NCBI GenBank assembly: GCA_963681965.1
Contig: OY820579.1
Span: 2,592,001-2,656,000, forward strand
Length of the DNA stretch: 64,000 bases
Reading direction: 5' to 3'
Source: a bacterium
Lineage (GTDB): Bacteria; Electryoneota; JAOADG01
Each line of letters starts with the position of its first letter. The first letter of the stretch is position 1. The translations under genes and the position numbers were made by a program. Below the pieces are notes generated by a model. It was not told the DNA's origin. It ran no database searches and saw only the letters and a program-made list of their open reading frames with translations. Below, piece by piece: positions 8,181 to 18,006 of the stretch.

Positions 8181-9748
8181 TACTTGCCTCCCTTCGCATC
8201 TTTGTGCAGATACCACCGGACGGTACCATGTACGATCACACCAATCAGTGTAAACAGAATGGATAGTTTTCCAATCCACTCAACCCATGGATTGACATCT
8301 CTGCCTGGAAGATAAAAGTCCGTCAATCCAGCCAATCGACCGTTATCACGAGTGTGACATTCGATACATGCTACCGTCTGTTTTGCCGGGGAAACCATGT
8401 GGTTGATCGGCCAGTACATTTCAGTGTTGATAAATCCGTACTGTCCACTATACGGTAGATCAATCTCTTTCATCCCAGCAGTAATCGCCTTCGGCCAGTC
8501 GAATTCTTTCCAGTAACCACTGTCACCGGGTGTAGACGAATAAGTCTTAGGCTGTATCAAATAGTTGTTTCGGGTATCATAGAGCTGCTTGGCGCGATGG
8601 ACTTTCACCGGATAAATCTTGGCATCGGGATCGTCGTAGTTACCAAGAAGTTCATTCATCTTCACCGGTTTGGAGCTGTCAACGATGTCACCTACTAAGT
8701 AATGGGATGCTGTACCATTGAACCAGTAATACTCTGGTTTGACATTCTTGCCCCATTTAAACGAACCTTTGATCGACATGTAGACATCGGTTCCAGTCGA
8801 GTCAGCTTCTTCGAATGGCTTTCCATCCTTCAATTTTCCAGCAGTCGACCAATCCCAAAAGAGTTTCGTCGGATTCACTTTGGCATAGACCGGGATGTGA
8901 CACGTCTGACAGGCGACTTTAAGCGTATGCTGATTGAGTACTTTATCGGTGTGTGGCATGGTAGTATGACACTGTTCGCATGCAACCCGGTTTCGATTCA
9001 TGGAAGAGACAGAGTACATTTTCCCGAGCATCTGGTGTTGTTCAGCAGTATGACAAGTGACACACTGCATATCTGAGTTTTCCGATGCCATGTGGACATC
9101 GACGGATCGATCGGGATCGAACATCGATTTTTCGAGATCACCATGCTTCACATTGTTTCCACCACCACCGAAGAAATGGCAGGTTCCACAATTTGTCCGC
9201 AACGGTTTTCCAACGTGCTGAGCAACTTTATTCAAATCCACCGTGGGATCTGGCATGCCCGCGCCACCGGATTTCTTGACGTAGGTATTCGAGTTGTCGT
9301 GACAACTGATGCAATCGACATTGAGTGAATCGCTGAAATCGAAGGAACTGTTCGCATAGCCATAACCGATGTGGCATTTGTTGCAACTTTGCTGATTTCC
9401 CGAAATACCAATGCAAAAATTGTTCAGAATGTTCTTCTTGCCAACCGATCGAATCCCTTTGTTGGGGATATACTCCAGACGTTCCCAATTCCAGTGCGAC
9501 GATTTCATCACTTCGGCTGCTCTGCCATCATGACAGGAGATACAAGCTGCCGTCACGTCTTGTGGTCGTTTGAACTCTTTTTTCAGTACGTCAAACTTGG
9601 TGTGATCTACCGACGATTTACTCTTCTTGTGGAACTTTTCACGTAACAGAGCAAGCGGAGTACTTTCTTCGCTTTTCTTGGGAAGCGTTGTTACAACCAG
9701 TCCCGCAAGAATGGCTAACGCGATTACAACTAAAAATATCCGCTTCAT
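8180..9748 (-). CDS. otr: Octaheme c-type cytochrome, tetrathionate reductase family
   Basis: Eight CxxCH motifs (CISCH, CNKCH, CISCH, CGTCH, CVTCH, CEQCH, CQTCH, CIECH); GKKNILNNFCI, GGGGNNVKHGDL, WDWSTAG. Confidence 0.93.
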   Translation of the reverse strand: MKRIFLVVIALAILAGLVVTTLPKKSEESTPLALLREKFHKKSKSSVDHTKFDVLKKEFKRPQDVTAACISCHDGRAAEVMKSSHWNWERLEYIPNKGIRSVGKKNILNNFCIGISGNQQSCNKCHIGYGYANSSFDFSDSLNVDCISCHDNSNTYVKKSGGAGMPDPTVDLNKVAQHVGKPLRTNCGTCHFFGGGGNNVKHGDLEKSMFDPDRSVDVHMASENSDMQCVTCHTAEQHQMLGKMYSVSSMNRNRVACEQCHTTMPHTDKVLNQHTLKVACQTCHIPVYAKVNPTKLFWDWSTAGKLKDGKPFEEADSTGTDVYMSIKGSFKWGKNVKPEYYWFNGTASHYLVGDIVDSSKPVKMNELLGNYDDPDAKIYPVKVHRAKQLYDTRNNYLIQPKTYSSTPGDSGYWKEFDWPKAITAGMKEIDLPYSGQYGFINTEMYWPINHMVSPAKQTVACIECHTRDNGRLAGLTDFYLPGRDVNPWVEWIGKLSILFTLIGVIVHGTVRWYLHKDAKGGK

Positions 9749-10248
9749 ACAGCAGTGTCCTTCACTTGGTTTTCAAGTGGCATTTGGGGTGTAATTCCAG
9801 CGTTCAGTCGGTCTCGAATCAGCTGTTTGATCTGGCTGCAATTGCTCGACATCAGATAAATCTCACAGGATTGACAATCACGGTCAGCACATACATTGGA
9901 TTGGTGCTTGTAGGTCCAGCATCCAGCATCGCTTCGTTCATAAGAGGGGCATTTTACTCGTTGATCCATTGGACAATTCACGTGAATCCAACAAGGAATC
10001 ATTGCATGGATTTTGCGAATTCCTTCAATGGATACTTTTTCCACCGAGATTGCATGCCGAATACACTTAAGACGCTCGACATCGGCGACTGAGTACAAAC
10101 GCTGATTGCCAGAACTCTTTACCGTTAGAACCAAACCGCGATGTTCATAAAGTCGGAGAGTTTGCACGGAGACTTTTAACATCCGCGCAACGGTTCCTAC
10201 CGTAAACACAGGAAGTAATGGATCATCTGTAGGGAGTGGTTTTGGCAT
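9745..10248 (-). CDS. MerR-family regulator with Cys-rich two-CW-type C-terminal domain
   Basis: FTVGTVARML.VSVQTLRLYE..GL...GNQRLYS..D; tail CW....C.......C.........CW.......C....C..C. Confidence 0.85.
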   Translation of the reverse strand: MPKPLPTDDPLLPVFTVGTVARMLKVSVQTLRLYEHRGLVLTVKSSGNQRLYSVADVERLKCIRHAISVEKVSIEGIRKIHAMIPCWIHVNCPMDQRVKCPSYERSDAGCWTYKHQSNVCADRDCQSCEIYLMSSNCSQIKQLIRDRLNAGITPQMPLENQVKDTAV

Positions 10249-10264
10249 TGCAGTACCCGAGCGG

Positions 10265-10480
10265 TTAGTGATGATTGATTGAAGCAAGTTGATTTAAATC
10301 GATAACAAACTGCTCGATTTCTTGCTTGTGAAAGCCTTTCTGTCGAGCAGCTTCTCCCAGTGTACCCCAGATTGGATCACCACAAGCGAGGCACTTAATG
10401 TGGTGTTTCATCAAATAGGTCACAGCTTCGGGAAGTTCTGTCACCAGCTCTTCTATAGAAGTGTTTTCTGTTACAACCAT
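10265..10480 (-). CDS. DUF1858-like small protein
   Basis: IEELV...PEAV.YL....IKCLACG...WGTL.EAA..KG. Confidence 0.75.
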   Translation of the reverse strand: MVVTENTSIEELVTELPEAVTYLMKHHIKCLACGDPIWGTLGEAARQKGFHKQEIEQFVIDLNQLASINHH

Positions 10481-10487
10481 GAAATTC

Positions 10488-10694
10488 TCACTTCACTTGC
10501 GGTTTACTGCTATCTACCTGGCAGGTGCTCATATTACAGACGCCGTAGAGTCCACAGAATCCAACAGCGGCAGTCGCCAGCGGAATCAGACCAACCAATC
10601 CCCACCAACTTTGGTTAAATACGCCAAAAGCAATGATGGCCAATCCAACGATGACCCGAATAATTCGATCTACGTTCCCGATATTTTTTTTCAT
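10488..10694 (-). CDS. DUF2892 (YgaP-like) membrane protein
   Basis: MKKNIG.VDRIIR...G...GLIPLATA..GFCGLY...STC. Confidence 0.88.
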   Translation of the reverse strand: MKKNIGNVDRIIRVIVGLAIIAFGVFNQSWWGLVGLIPLATAAVGFCGLYGVCNMSTCQVDSSKPQVK

Positions 10695-10918
10695 TTCACC
10701 CTCACGTAAAAAATGACATCATCTCAACACGCCAAACTCTACAGTAAAAATAATCAACATACATGTTAATTACAAATATAGATATTGATGGCAATCTCTC
10801 ATTCACAATTAGCATTGATAATATTAGTCTTAGTGAAATCAAGACGTGTCGCTCAGCGATTCATCGTCCAGAAATTTGTTCTTTATGGGTATATGCTTAT
10901 ATTGTGTCGAGGAGAAAA

Positions 10919-11422
10919 ATGCCACCAGGTCGTCCACATCAATGCCGTTGGGTTGGTTCGATGCCAACTGTTACCCGCTACAAGGCTTGCGGTGTTCCGT
11001 TGAATTTGTCAACAGAGATTGTCCTCTCGATTGATGAATTTGAGGCACTTCGTCTTGCCGACCAGAATGGTCTCCACCACGCCAAAGCCGGTGAGATGAT
11101 GGGAATCTCGCGTGCCACCTTTGGAAGAATAATCGAATCAGCTCGCCGAAAAACGATTCTAGCGTTAAGTAATGGATATTCGCTTCGAATCGAGGGGGGA
11201 GCATACGAGGTTGTAATGAAACGAAATTTTATTTGTGCTGACTGTGGACATCGGTGGGAATCGAACCAAGGGCGTTGCCACACTCCCGGTTGTCCGAAAT
11301 GTGGCAGCAAACAGTTCGGCTGTGACCATCGACCGGAACCCGTATCGGAATTCAATCTCGATGGCTGTTGTGGTGGCAAAGGTGAACATGGCAGCGAAGG
11401 TGATAATTGTGGCTGCCATTAA
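10919..11422 (+). CDS. DUF134 HTH protein with C-terminal zinc ribbon
   Basis: GRP..CR.V...LSIDEFEALRLAD..GL....AG..MGISR.TF.RI..SAR.K...LRIEGG; CADCGH.W...CPKCGS; GAGGAG RBS. Confidence 0.9.
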   Translation: MPPGRPHQCRWVGSMPTVTRYKACGVPLNLSTEIVLSIDEFEALRLADQNGLHHAKAGEMMGISRATFGRIIESARRKTILALSNGYSLRIEGGAYEVVMKRNFICADCGHRWESNQGRCHTPGCPKCGSKQFGCDHRPEPVSEFNLDGCCGGKGEHGSEGDNCGCH

Positions 11423-11437
11423 CTGAGGATTCAATGA

Positions 11438-11644
11438 ATGTCTGAGAACCATACACATGGTCATACCGGTGCGGGTAGCAGTTGTATTTGTCCAAAGTGC
11501 GGCGAGAAGATACTTCATCGTGCTGGCAATCCATGCCGAGAAGAGTGCTGTCCAAAATGTGGCGCTAAGATGTTACGAGAGGGTTCTGAGCATCACAAGC
11601 TACTGCTGGAAAAGCGTGCAAAGGGATCAATTGAATCCAAGTAG
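11438..11644 (+). CDS. Small Cys-rich (double CxxC) metal-binding protein
   Basis: CICPKCG..I.H..G.PC....CPKCGAKM.R. Confidence 0.75.
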   Translation: MSENHTHGHTGAGSSCICPKCGEKILHRAGNPCREECCPKCGAKMLREGSEHHKLLLEKRAKGSIESK

Positions 11645-11741
11645 GTTACTTTGGTCTTGGATAATGGTATGAGTAAGCAGCAAGAAGCATTAAAAAGTAC
11701 AATTGCTCCGATTCGCCTTTTGAAATTTTTCAGGAACAGAG

Positions 11742-13091
11742 ATGGATGTTGAACTAGTATCCAGACTGCAATTTGCTTTAACAATTGGCTTTCATTACCT
11801 CTTCCCACCCCTAAGTATTGGTTTGGGACTAATGCTGGTTGTTATGGAAGGGTTGTATTTAAAGACCAAGGATATCGCTTATCACCACATGACTCGTTTC
11901 TGGGTGCGAGTATTTGGACTCATTTTTGCCATCGGTGTTGCAACCGGAATTGTAATGGAGTTCCAGTTTGGCACGAATTGGTCAAATTATTCTCGGTACG
12001 TAGGTGACGTCTTTGGAAGTGCACTCGCTGCAGAAGGAGTGTTTGCATTCTTCCTCGAATCAGGATTCCTCGCAGTACTTCTGTTCGGTTGGGACAAAGT
12101 GAGTCCCAGGATGCACTTCTTTGCGACAATAATGGTCGCCTTGGGTTCGCATTTCAGCGCGATTTGGATTATTGTCGCGAACTCATGGATGCACACACCT
12201 GCCGGTTTTCACATTGTGCAAACTACTAGTGGATTTCGAGCTGAGATCGTGGATTTCTGGGCAGTTGTTTTCAATCCATCGATGATTGACCGACTCACGC
12301 ATACCCTTGCGGCAGCTTGGCAAACCGGTGCCTGGTTAGTGCTTAGTGTAAGTGCATACTACCTACTGAAGAACCGACATCATGAATTTGCCATGAGAAG
12401 TGTAAAGATTGGCTTGATCGTTTCACTAATTGGATCGCTCGGTCAGTTAGTTACCGGTCATGGCAGTGCACAAACTGCTGCCCAATACCAACCAACAAAG
12501 TTAGCTGCTTTTGAAGGACATTATCCCGCGAACGAACCCGCACCATTGTACTTGTTCGGCTGGGTGGATGAAACCCACCACCAAGTGTACGGCGTAAAAA
12601 TCCCCGGGATGCTTAGTTTTCTTGTACATGGTAACACCCAAGCACCAGTGAAAGGACTGGATGCATTTCCAGAAGCGGATCGCCCGCCGGTGAACATGGT
12701 TTTCCAATCCTATCACGCAATGGTAGCAATCGGAATGTTTCTCATCGGATTAAGTCTCGTGACGGCATTCGGGGTCTGGAAACAGAAACTTACACACTGG
12801 CGACCGATACTTTGGGTCCTTGTGTTTTCGGTACTTTTACCGCAAGCGGGGAATCTGCTTGGTTGGATGTCGGCTGAAATCGGGCGCCAACCTTGGATTG
12901 TCTATGGATTGCTTCGCACCAAAGACGGGTTGTCACCGAATGTTGTGGCGGGTCAAGTTTGGACATCCATCATCATCTTTGGATTGATTTACTCCTTGCT
13001 CTTGGCCGTATTCCTATACCTCCTCAACGACAAAATCCAACATGGTCCTGAGATCGATGATCAACTCGACAGTGGGAGACACCGCGCATGA
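11742..13091 (+). CDS. cydA: Cytochrome bd oxidase subunit I
   Basis: SRLQFA...[46 protein letters not shown]. Confidence 0.96.
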   Translation: MDVELVSRLQFALTIGFHYLFPPLSIGLGLMLVVMEGLYLKTKDIAYHHMTRFWVRVFGLIFAIGVATGIVMEFQFGTNWSNYSRYVGDVFGSALAAEGVFAFFLESGFLAVLLFGWDKVSPRMHFFATIMVALGSHFSAIWIIVANSWMHTPAGFHIVQTTSGFRAEIVDFWAVVFNPSMIDRLTHTLAAAWQTGAWLVLSVSAYYLLKNRHHEFAMRSVKIGLIVSLIGSLGQLVTGHGSAQTAAQYQPTKLAAFEGHYPANEPAPLYLFGWVDETHHQVYGVKIPGMLSFLVHGNTQAPVKGLDAFPEADRPPVNMVFQSYHAMVAIGMFLIGLSLVTAFGVWKQKLTHWRPILWVLVFSVLLPQAGNLLGWMSAEIGRQPWIVYGLLRTKDGLSPNVVAGQVWTSIIIFGLIYSLLLAVFLYLLNDKIQHGPEIDDQLDSGRHRA

Positions 13092-14116
13092 TTGAATCGT
13101 TGAATTTGAATCTGATCTGGTATCTCTTAATCGGAATATTGCTCACAGGGTATGCAATTCTCGATGGATTTGATTTTGGGGTCGGAATGCTGCACCTATT
13201 CATCAAGAATGACAATGGTCGTCGGGTGTTCCTGAATGCAATTGGTCCGGTATGGGACGGAAATGAAGTTTGGCTGGTAACTGCTGGTGGTGCTCTCTTT
13301 GCTGCTTTTCCTGAAGTTTATGCGTCTGCCTTTTCCGGCTTCTACCTACCTTTCATGTTACTGTTGTTTGCGCTAATCTTTCGTGCGGTCTCCATCGAAT
13401 TTCGCAGCAAACGTCCCGAACTTAATTGGCGGAGATCGTGGGACTACAGTTTTGCCCTTGGCAGTTTTCTCGCTTCGTTACTAATCGGAGTTACGCTTGG
13501 AAACATTGTCTGGGGCATACCGCTCGATTCTGCGCACAACTACACCGGATCTGTTTTTGATCTATTACATCCATACCCTCTACTGATAGGGATCACGACT
13601 GTTGCGTTATTTTTAATGCATGGTGCGATCTACTTGGTTTTAAAGACGGAAGGTGATGTTCAGGGAGAGGTTAGAAAATGGGTCAACAATACGATCATCT
13701 TTTTCATTATCTGTTACGCGACAGCAACAATGGCAACCTTGCTGTACGTTCCTAGAATGACAGTAGCCATTCAAGAGCACCCATTTTTGTTTGCTGTCGC
13801 AGTCATTAACATGCTGGCGATTGCCAACATTCCTCGAGAGATTCACCACGGGCGCGAGTTTCGAGCATTTCTATCATCAAGTGCAGCAATCGTCGCTTTA
13901 ATGGCACTATTTGGAATCGGGATGTTTCCAGTCATGCTTTTCTCGACAGCTGTTGAAGGTAGTAGTCTAACGATATTGAATGCTGCATCATCCTCACAGA
14001 CACTATCGATCATGTTGATTATCGCCCTGATCGGGATGCCTTTGGTGATCGCTTATACGGTAAGCATCTATTGGATTTTCCGCGGTAAAGTGAAGATCGA
14101 CAAAATGAGTTATTGA
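13088..14116 (+). CDS. cydB: Cytochrome bd oxidase subunit II
   Basis: LDGFDFGVG, IGPVWDGNEVWL, FAAFP..YA, Y.IFRGKV. Confidence 0.96.
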   Translation: MIESLNLNLIWYLLIGILLTGYAILDGFDFGVGMLHLFIKNDNGRRVFLNAIGPVWDGNEVWLVTAGGALFAAFPEVYASAFSGFYLPFMLLLFALIFRAVSIEFRSKRPELNWRRSWDYSFALGSFLASLLIGVTLGNIVWGIPLDSAHNYTGSVFDLLHPYPLLIGITTVALFLMHGAIYLVLKTEGDVQGEVRKWVNNTIIFFIICYATATMATLLYVPRMTVAIQEHPFLFAVAVINMLAIANIPREIHHGREFRAFLSSSAAIVALMALFGIGMFPVMLFSTAVEGSSLTILNAASSSQTLSIMLIIALIGMPLVIAYTVSIYWIFRGKVKIDKMSY

Positions 14117-14202
14117 TGATTCTGTTCGCAAGGCACTGATCGGGAATTAATATTGATTAGAATACTGAGGTTAGAAGTGATTGCCATTCATCAGGAACAA
14201 CT

Positions 14203-14865
14203 TTGAAAGCGACTCAAGCTGTATTGAGTTATTTTGGTAAGAGAGTTCTGCTTGCAATGATTCTCTTGCTCCTGGTCGGTTGCGCTGAACAATTTTCAAA
14301 ATATAAGACCAGTGACACAACGCGGAATCAGATCACTTCTAAGACTCGACACGAACGGCAAACGGAATGGCGTGCAATATCACAGGCTCAAAGAAACGAA
14401 TTACTCTTGACATGGTTTCGTAGACATCTCGGCACTGTTTACGATGGTCCCGGTGATGCTTACGAATGCTTCGGCTTTATCAATGATGGTATCAACTATA
14501 TGTCGGGAGGGTTGAAACGACTTCCACCGCCAGATCTGGACACTTGTTCGCTCAAGCAATATGGCAACTATTCTACCAAGAAATACCGTTTAAGACAAGT
14601 CGTTAGTAAGCAACCAACTACCGAGATTCATCCGGGAATGATCATACAGTTTAAGTACACTGTACAAGCAACAGAGTGGTATGCTGGATACATCGGACCT
14701 CATACTGCTTGCATCGATTCTGTCGATTTATCACACGATGGTGGTATCTGGGTAATTGATGCTAACTATGGATTACCCCACAACAATGTTCAGCGTCATC
14801 AATATCAATGGGAGTTTCTCATGCATCCTGAAAATTGCTGGACGGTTTATGAGGTTATCGAGTGA
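14203..14865 (+). CDS. Lipoprotein with CHAP/NlpC-P60-like Cys-His domain
   Basis: Lipobox LLVGC; ECFGFI ... PHTACI ... VIDANY. Confidence 0.55.
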   Translation: MKATQAVLSYFGKRVLLAMILLLLVGCAEQFSKYKTSDTTRNQITSKTRHERQTEWRAISQAQRNELLLTWFRRHLGTVYDGPGDAYECFGFINDGINYMSGGLKRLPPPDLDTCSLKQYGNYSTKKYRLRQVVSKQPTTEIHPGMIIQFKYTVQATEWYAGYIGPHTACIDSVDLSHDGGIWVIDANYGLPHNNVQRHQYQWEFLMHPENCWTVYEVIE

Positions 14866-14937
14866 TTCATCAAATTCCGCGTGCAGGCGTACTGCATTCT
14901 CGTTGTAACGATTGAGATATGCACATCGAGATAGGAG

Positions 14938-15312
14938 TTGATTTTGGTTGTCATCGGACTTCTAGTTCTTGGACTAATTGCTGGAATGGCAAGTGGTGTT
15001 ATCGGAATCGGTGGTGGGATATTGATCATCCCTGCCCTCGTTTATTTTTTCAAATTCTCTCAACATCAAGCCCAGGGTACGACATTGGCGCTTATGATTC
15101 CACCAATTGGAATCTTAGCCGCAATCAACTACTACAATCAGGGTTACGTTAACACGAAAGCGGTTATCTTAATCGCCCTTGGTTTTACTGTTGGTGGTTA
15201 CCTTGGCTCAAAATTCTCGGTTGGAATTTCAGATGGTGTCTTACAACGCATCTTTGGAGTGGCATTGATCGCGATCGGTGCGTTCATCATTTTCAAAGCC
15301 CCCAAGGGGTAA
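14938..15312 (+). CDS. TauE/SafE (TSUP) sulfite exporter, half-size
   Basis: GLIAG..SG..GIGGGILIIPAL......QHQAQGTTLA. Confidence 0.88.
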   Translation: MILVVIGLLVLGLIAGMASGVIGIGGGILIIPALVYFFKFSQHQAQGTTLALMIPPIGILAAINYYNQGYVNTKAVILIALGFTVGGYLGSKFSVGISDGVLQRIFGVALIAIGAFIIFKAPKG

Positions 15313-15386
15313 TCTGTTAAACCTTTTTGTAACTGGCACTGTCTACACCGCACAGCAGTTACTTAAAATTACACTAGGAAACAACG

Positions 15387-16568
15387 ATGGATACGAAAGA
15401 TCTAGGCTTTAATACCAAGTTAGTACATGCTGGCTTTCATGGCGATCCAACGGGAGCAGTCAACATCCCAATCTACCAATCATCAACATTTGCGTTCGAG
15501 AGTGCTGCCCATGGTGCTGCACTTTTTGCTGGTAAAGAAGAAGGATACATCTACACTCGTCTGGGTAATCCGACGATCCACGCATTGGAAGAAAATATTG
15601 CGGAGCTGGAGCGTGGCTTCGGAGCAATTGCAACCAGCTCAGGTATGGGTGCAGTTAGTACAGTGTACTTGGCGCTGCTTTCTCAGGGCGACCATCTCGT
15701 CAGCACTGCGTCGGTGTATGGGCCTTCACGGGGATTAGTCGAGAAACACCTTTCCCGCTTCGGCGTTAGTTCGACTTACTTAGATACCTCCGATCTAGAA
15801 CAGGTCGAAGCTTCGATTCAGCCAAACACCAAGCTCATTTATGTAGAAACCCCTTCCAATCCAGCAATGTTAGTAACTGATCTCGAGGGTATCTCAAAGA
15901 TTGCAAAGGCACACGATTGCTTGTTAGTCGTCGACAATACCTTCGCAAGTCCATTTCTGCAAAAACCTCTCGAACTAGGTGCAGATGTAGTACTTCATTC
16001 CGTAACTAAATTCTTGAATGGTCACGCCGATATCGTCGGTGGAATCGTTATCGCAAAAACGGAAGAGCTATTTTCGAAGATCCGAACGATGATGATTAAT
16101 CTTGGTTGCAACATGGACCCTCATCAAGCATTCATGGTTTTACGTGGAGTTAAAACGCTATCGATTCGAATGCGTGAATCAGAAAAGAATGCAATGATCA
16201 TCGCAAAATGGTTGGAATCACACCCGAAAGTGGAATGGGTTAGATACATCGGATTACCATCGCATCCACAACATGATCTTGCCAAACGTCAGATGAGCGG
16301 CTTCGGATCGATGATCGGTTTCGAACTAAAGGGTGGTGTTGAAGCAGGTAGGAAGTTAATGGATCATGTCAAACTTGCCATCCTCGCAGTCTCACTCGGT
16401 GGTGTCGAAACATTAATCGAGCATCCAGCATCGATGACCCACGCTGGGATGTCTCACGAAGATCGCTTAGAGGCAGGTATCAGCGATGGATTGGTTCGGT
16501 ATTCTGTCGGGATTGAAGATGTCGAGGATCTGATTGCCGATCTTGAACAAGCGTTGGAAACTGTATAA
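15387..16568 (+). CDS. megL: Methionine gamma-lyase / Cys-Met PLP enzyme
   Basis: PIYQSSTF, YIYTRLGNPT, ETPSNP, DNTF, HSVTKFLNGH (PLP Lys), AVSLGGVETLIEHPASMTH. Confidence 0.85.
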   Translation: MDTKDLGFNTKLVHAGFHGDPTGAVNIPIYQSSTFAFESAAHGAALFAGKEEGYIYTRLGNPTIHALEENIAELERGFGAIATSSGMGAVSTVYLALLSQGDHLVSTASVYGPSRGLVEKHLSRFGVSSTYLDTSDLEQVEASIQPNTKLIYVETPSNPAMLVTDLEGISKIAKAHDCLLVVDNTFASPFLQKPLELGADVVLHSVTKFLNGHADIVGGIVIAKTEELFSKIRTMMINLGCNMDPHQAFMVLRGVKTLSIRMRESEKNAMIIAKWLESHPKVEWVRYIGLPSHPQHDLAKRQMSGFGSMIGFELKGGVEAGRKLMDHVKLAILAVSLGGVETLIEHPASMTHAGMSHEDRLEAGISDGLVRYSVGIEDVEDLIADLEQALETV

Positions 16569-16643
16569 AAGCTAGCTTCGAAAAGGACGAGTCATCCAGC
16601 TCATAAACTCGATCTATTGGGCAGCTGTAGCAAGTAAGGAATT

Positions 16644-17477
16644 TTGATGAAAGCACGTTTAAAAGTACTAACCAGTTTCACCCTGACATTTACATTTATT
16701 GTAACCTCACTGTCGGGAATCGCAATGTTCCTTTCACCAAAGGGTCGGATTGCAAACTGGATGAATTGGCAGTGGTTAGGATTATCGAAGGAGCAGTGGA
16801 CTGATCTGCACATCGTATTCGTAACTGTGATGCTCATTACTGGGGTTCTTCACCTGCTAGTCTTCAACTGGGGTCCATTCCTCTCTTATTTCAAGCGCTC
16901 TGCGCAGGCAGGAATGCGGTTCAAATGGGAGCTTGTAATTTCTGTAGTCCTCATACCGGTACTTTGGTTTGGCACAACGTATCGAATCCAACCGATTATC
17001 AGTGTCGTTCAACTGAACAACTGGATCGATCAAACGTATGAAACAAAGATGAATGAACCTCCAGTACCGCATGCAGAAACGTTTACAATCGTAGAGTTTG
17101 CCGATAAAGTTCTACGTGTTTCTACGTCTGAAGCAATGGACAAATTCAAAACGAGTGGGTTCCCGGCGAATGATTCACTTGAAACCATCAGCAATATTGC
17201 GGCAAGAATGAATGTGCCTCCAAGTGACATTTTTAAGAAGCTATCAATCGCTAAATCTACAACCAAGAGTAAGATCGTTGAATTCTCTGGATATGGGAAC
17301 AAAACGTTGCAAGAGGTTTGTTCAGAGCTTGGAATCTCACCAGTGGAAGGCAGAAAACTACTGGAAAAAGCTGGGGTGAAAGAGTTCAGTGAAGAAATGA
17401 ATCTTAGAGCGTATGCAAATCAGATCGGAAAAAAACCGATCAACATTGCAAGAATTTTGGCTGGAGAAGAAATGTAG
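16644..17477 (+). CDS. DUF4405 membrane protein with C-terminal helical repeats
   Basis: SGI.MFLSPKGRIANW..W.WLGLSKEQW.DLH...LHL..NW; PPVPHAE. Confidence 0.8.
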   Translation: MMKARLKVLTSFTLTFTFIVTSLSGIAMFLSPKGRIANWMNWQWLGLSKEQWTDLHIVFVTVMLITGVLHLLVFNWGPFLSYFKRSAQAGMRFKWELVISVVLIPVLWFGTTYRIQPIISVVQLNNWIDQTYETKMNEPPVPHAETFTIVEFADKVLRVSTSEAMDKFKTSGFPANDSLETISNIAARMNVPPSDIFKKLSIAKSTTKSKIVEFSGYGNKTLQEVCSELGISPVEGRKLLEKAGVKEFSEEMNLRAYANQIGKKPINIARILAGEEM

Positions 17478-17491
17478 TTAGAAGCTGTACA

Positions 17492-17836
17492 TCACACGAA
17501 GTGGAACATTGCCATCAATTTCCCAACTGTGTACATCACTGCAGCGATTCCAACAAGCTTGATCGAGTAACTCTTCCAGTCCTTGAGTGTAGCTGGCTCA
17601 TTTTCGCCGGTGAGACCATGGAATTTTGTGATATCGATGTATCGTATCGCTATAAGGGCGGGAACAATCAGCCAGAAAATGATGTCAGCGATGACGCCTG
17701 CTTCATTTTTTCCGATAAAAAAAGTGGCAGCAAGTAGAGCAACGTTCCCAAAAAAGAACCAGAGTAAACGAATGAATGCTGGAAGACAACCGGAGGGTTT
17801 GTTAGAAGAATCTGTCGAATTGGGTTGAGTTGCCAT
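17492..17836 (-). CDS. Small hypothetical membrane protein (about 3 TM)
   Basis: GGAGG RBS before ATG 17836; hydrophobic segments; IRYIDI..F.G.T....PAT...W..Y. Confidence 0.7.
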   Translation of the reverse strand: MATQPNSTDSSNKPSGCLPAFIRLLWFFFGNVALLAATFFIGKNEAGVIADIIFWLIVPALIAIRYIDITKFHGLTGENEPATLKDWKSYSIKLVGIAAVMYTVGKLMAMFHFV

Positions 17837-17876
17837 GGTGGCCTCCAAAACTGTGGAACTTTACAGATTGTTCCTG

Positions 17877-17943
17877 TTTTGAATGGCGGCCCGACCACTC
17901 TAAATCCTGCAGCACCAATGGAGGTGCTACACCCTAATCAAAA
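17877..17943 (-). ncRNA. Candidate cation-sensing riboswitch (nhaA-I / Li+ or Na+ class-like)
   Basis: Minus strand UUUUGAUUAGGG-UGUAGCACC-uccauu-GGUGCUGCA-GGAUUUAGAGU-GGUCGGGCCGCC-AUUCAAAA: outer stem UUUUGA/UCAAAA plus a 9-bp inner hairpin, 40 nt before an ATG, downstream of nhaA/mscS; class assignment is from memory of the consensus. Confidence 0.6.
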
Positions 17944-18006
17944 TGTATTAATCAAAAATAAGTAGGGCAAAGTTCCTGCGCAAGCGAATCGTCACTTTTC
18001 AACGGA

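Noticed and set aside
10883-10902. DUF134 operator-like palindrome TTATGGGTAT/ATGCTTATAT
   Set aside because: Only 6 of 10 positions are symmetric and there is a single copy; too weak to list
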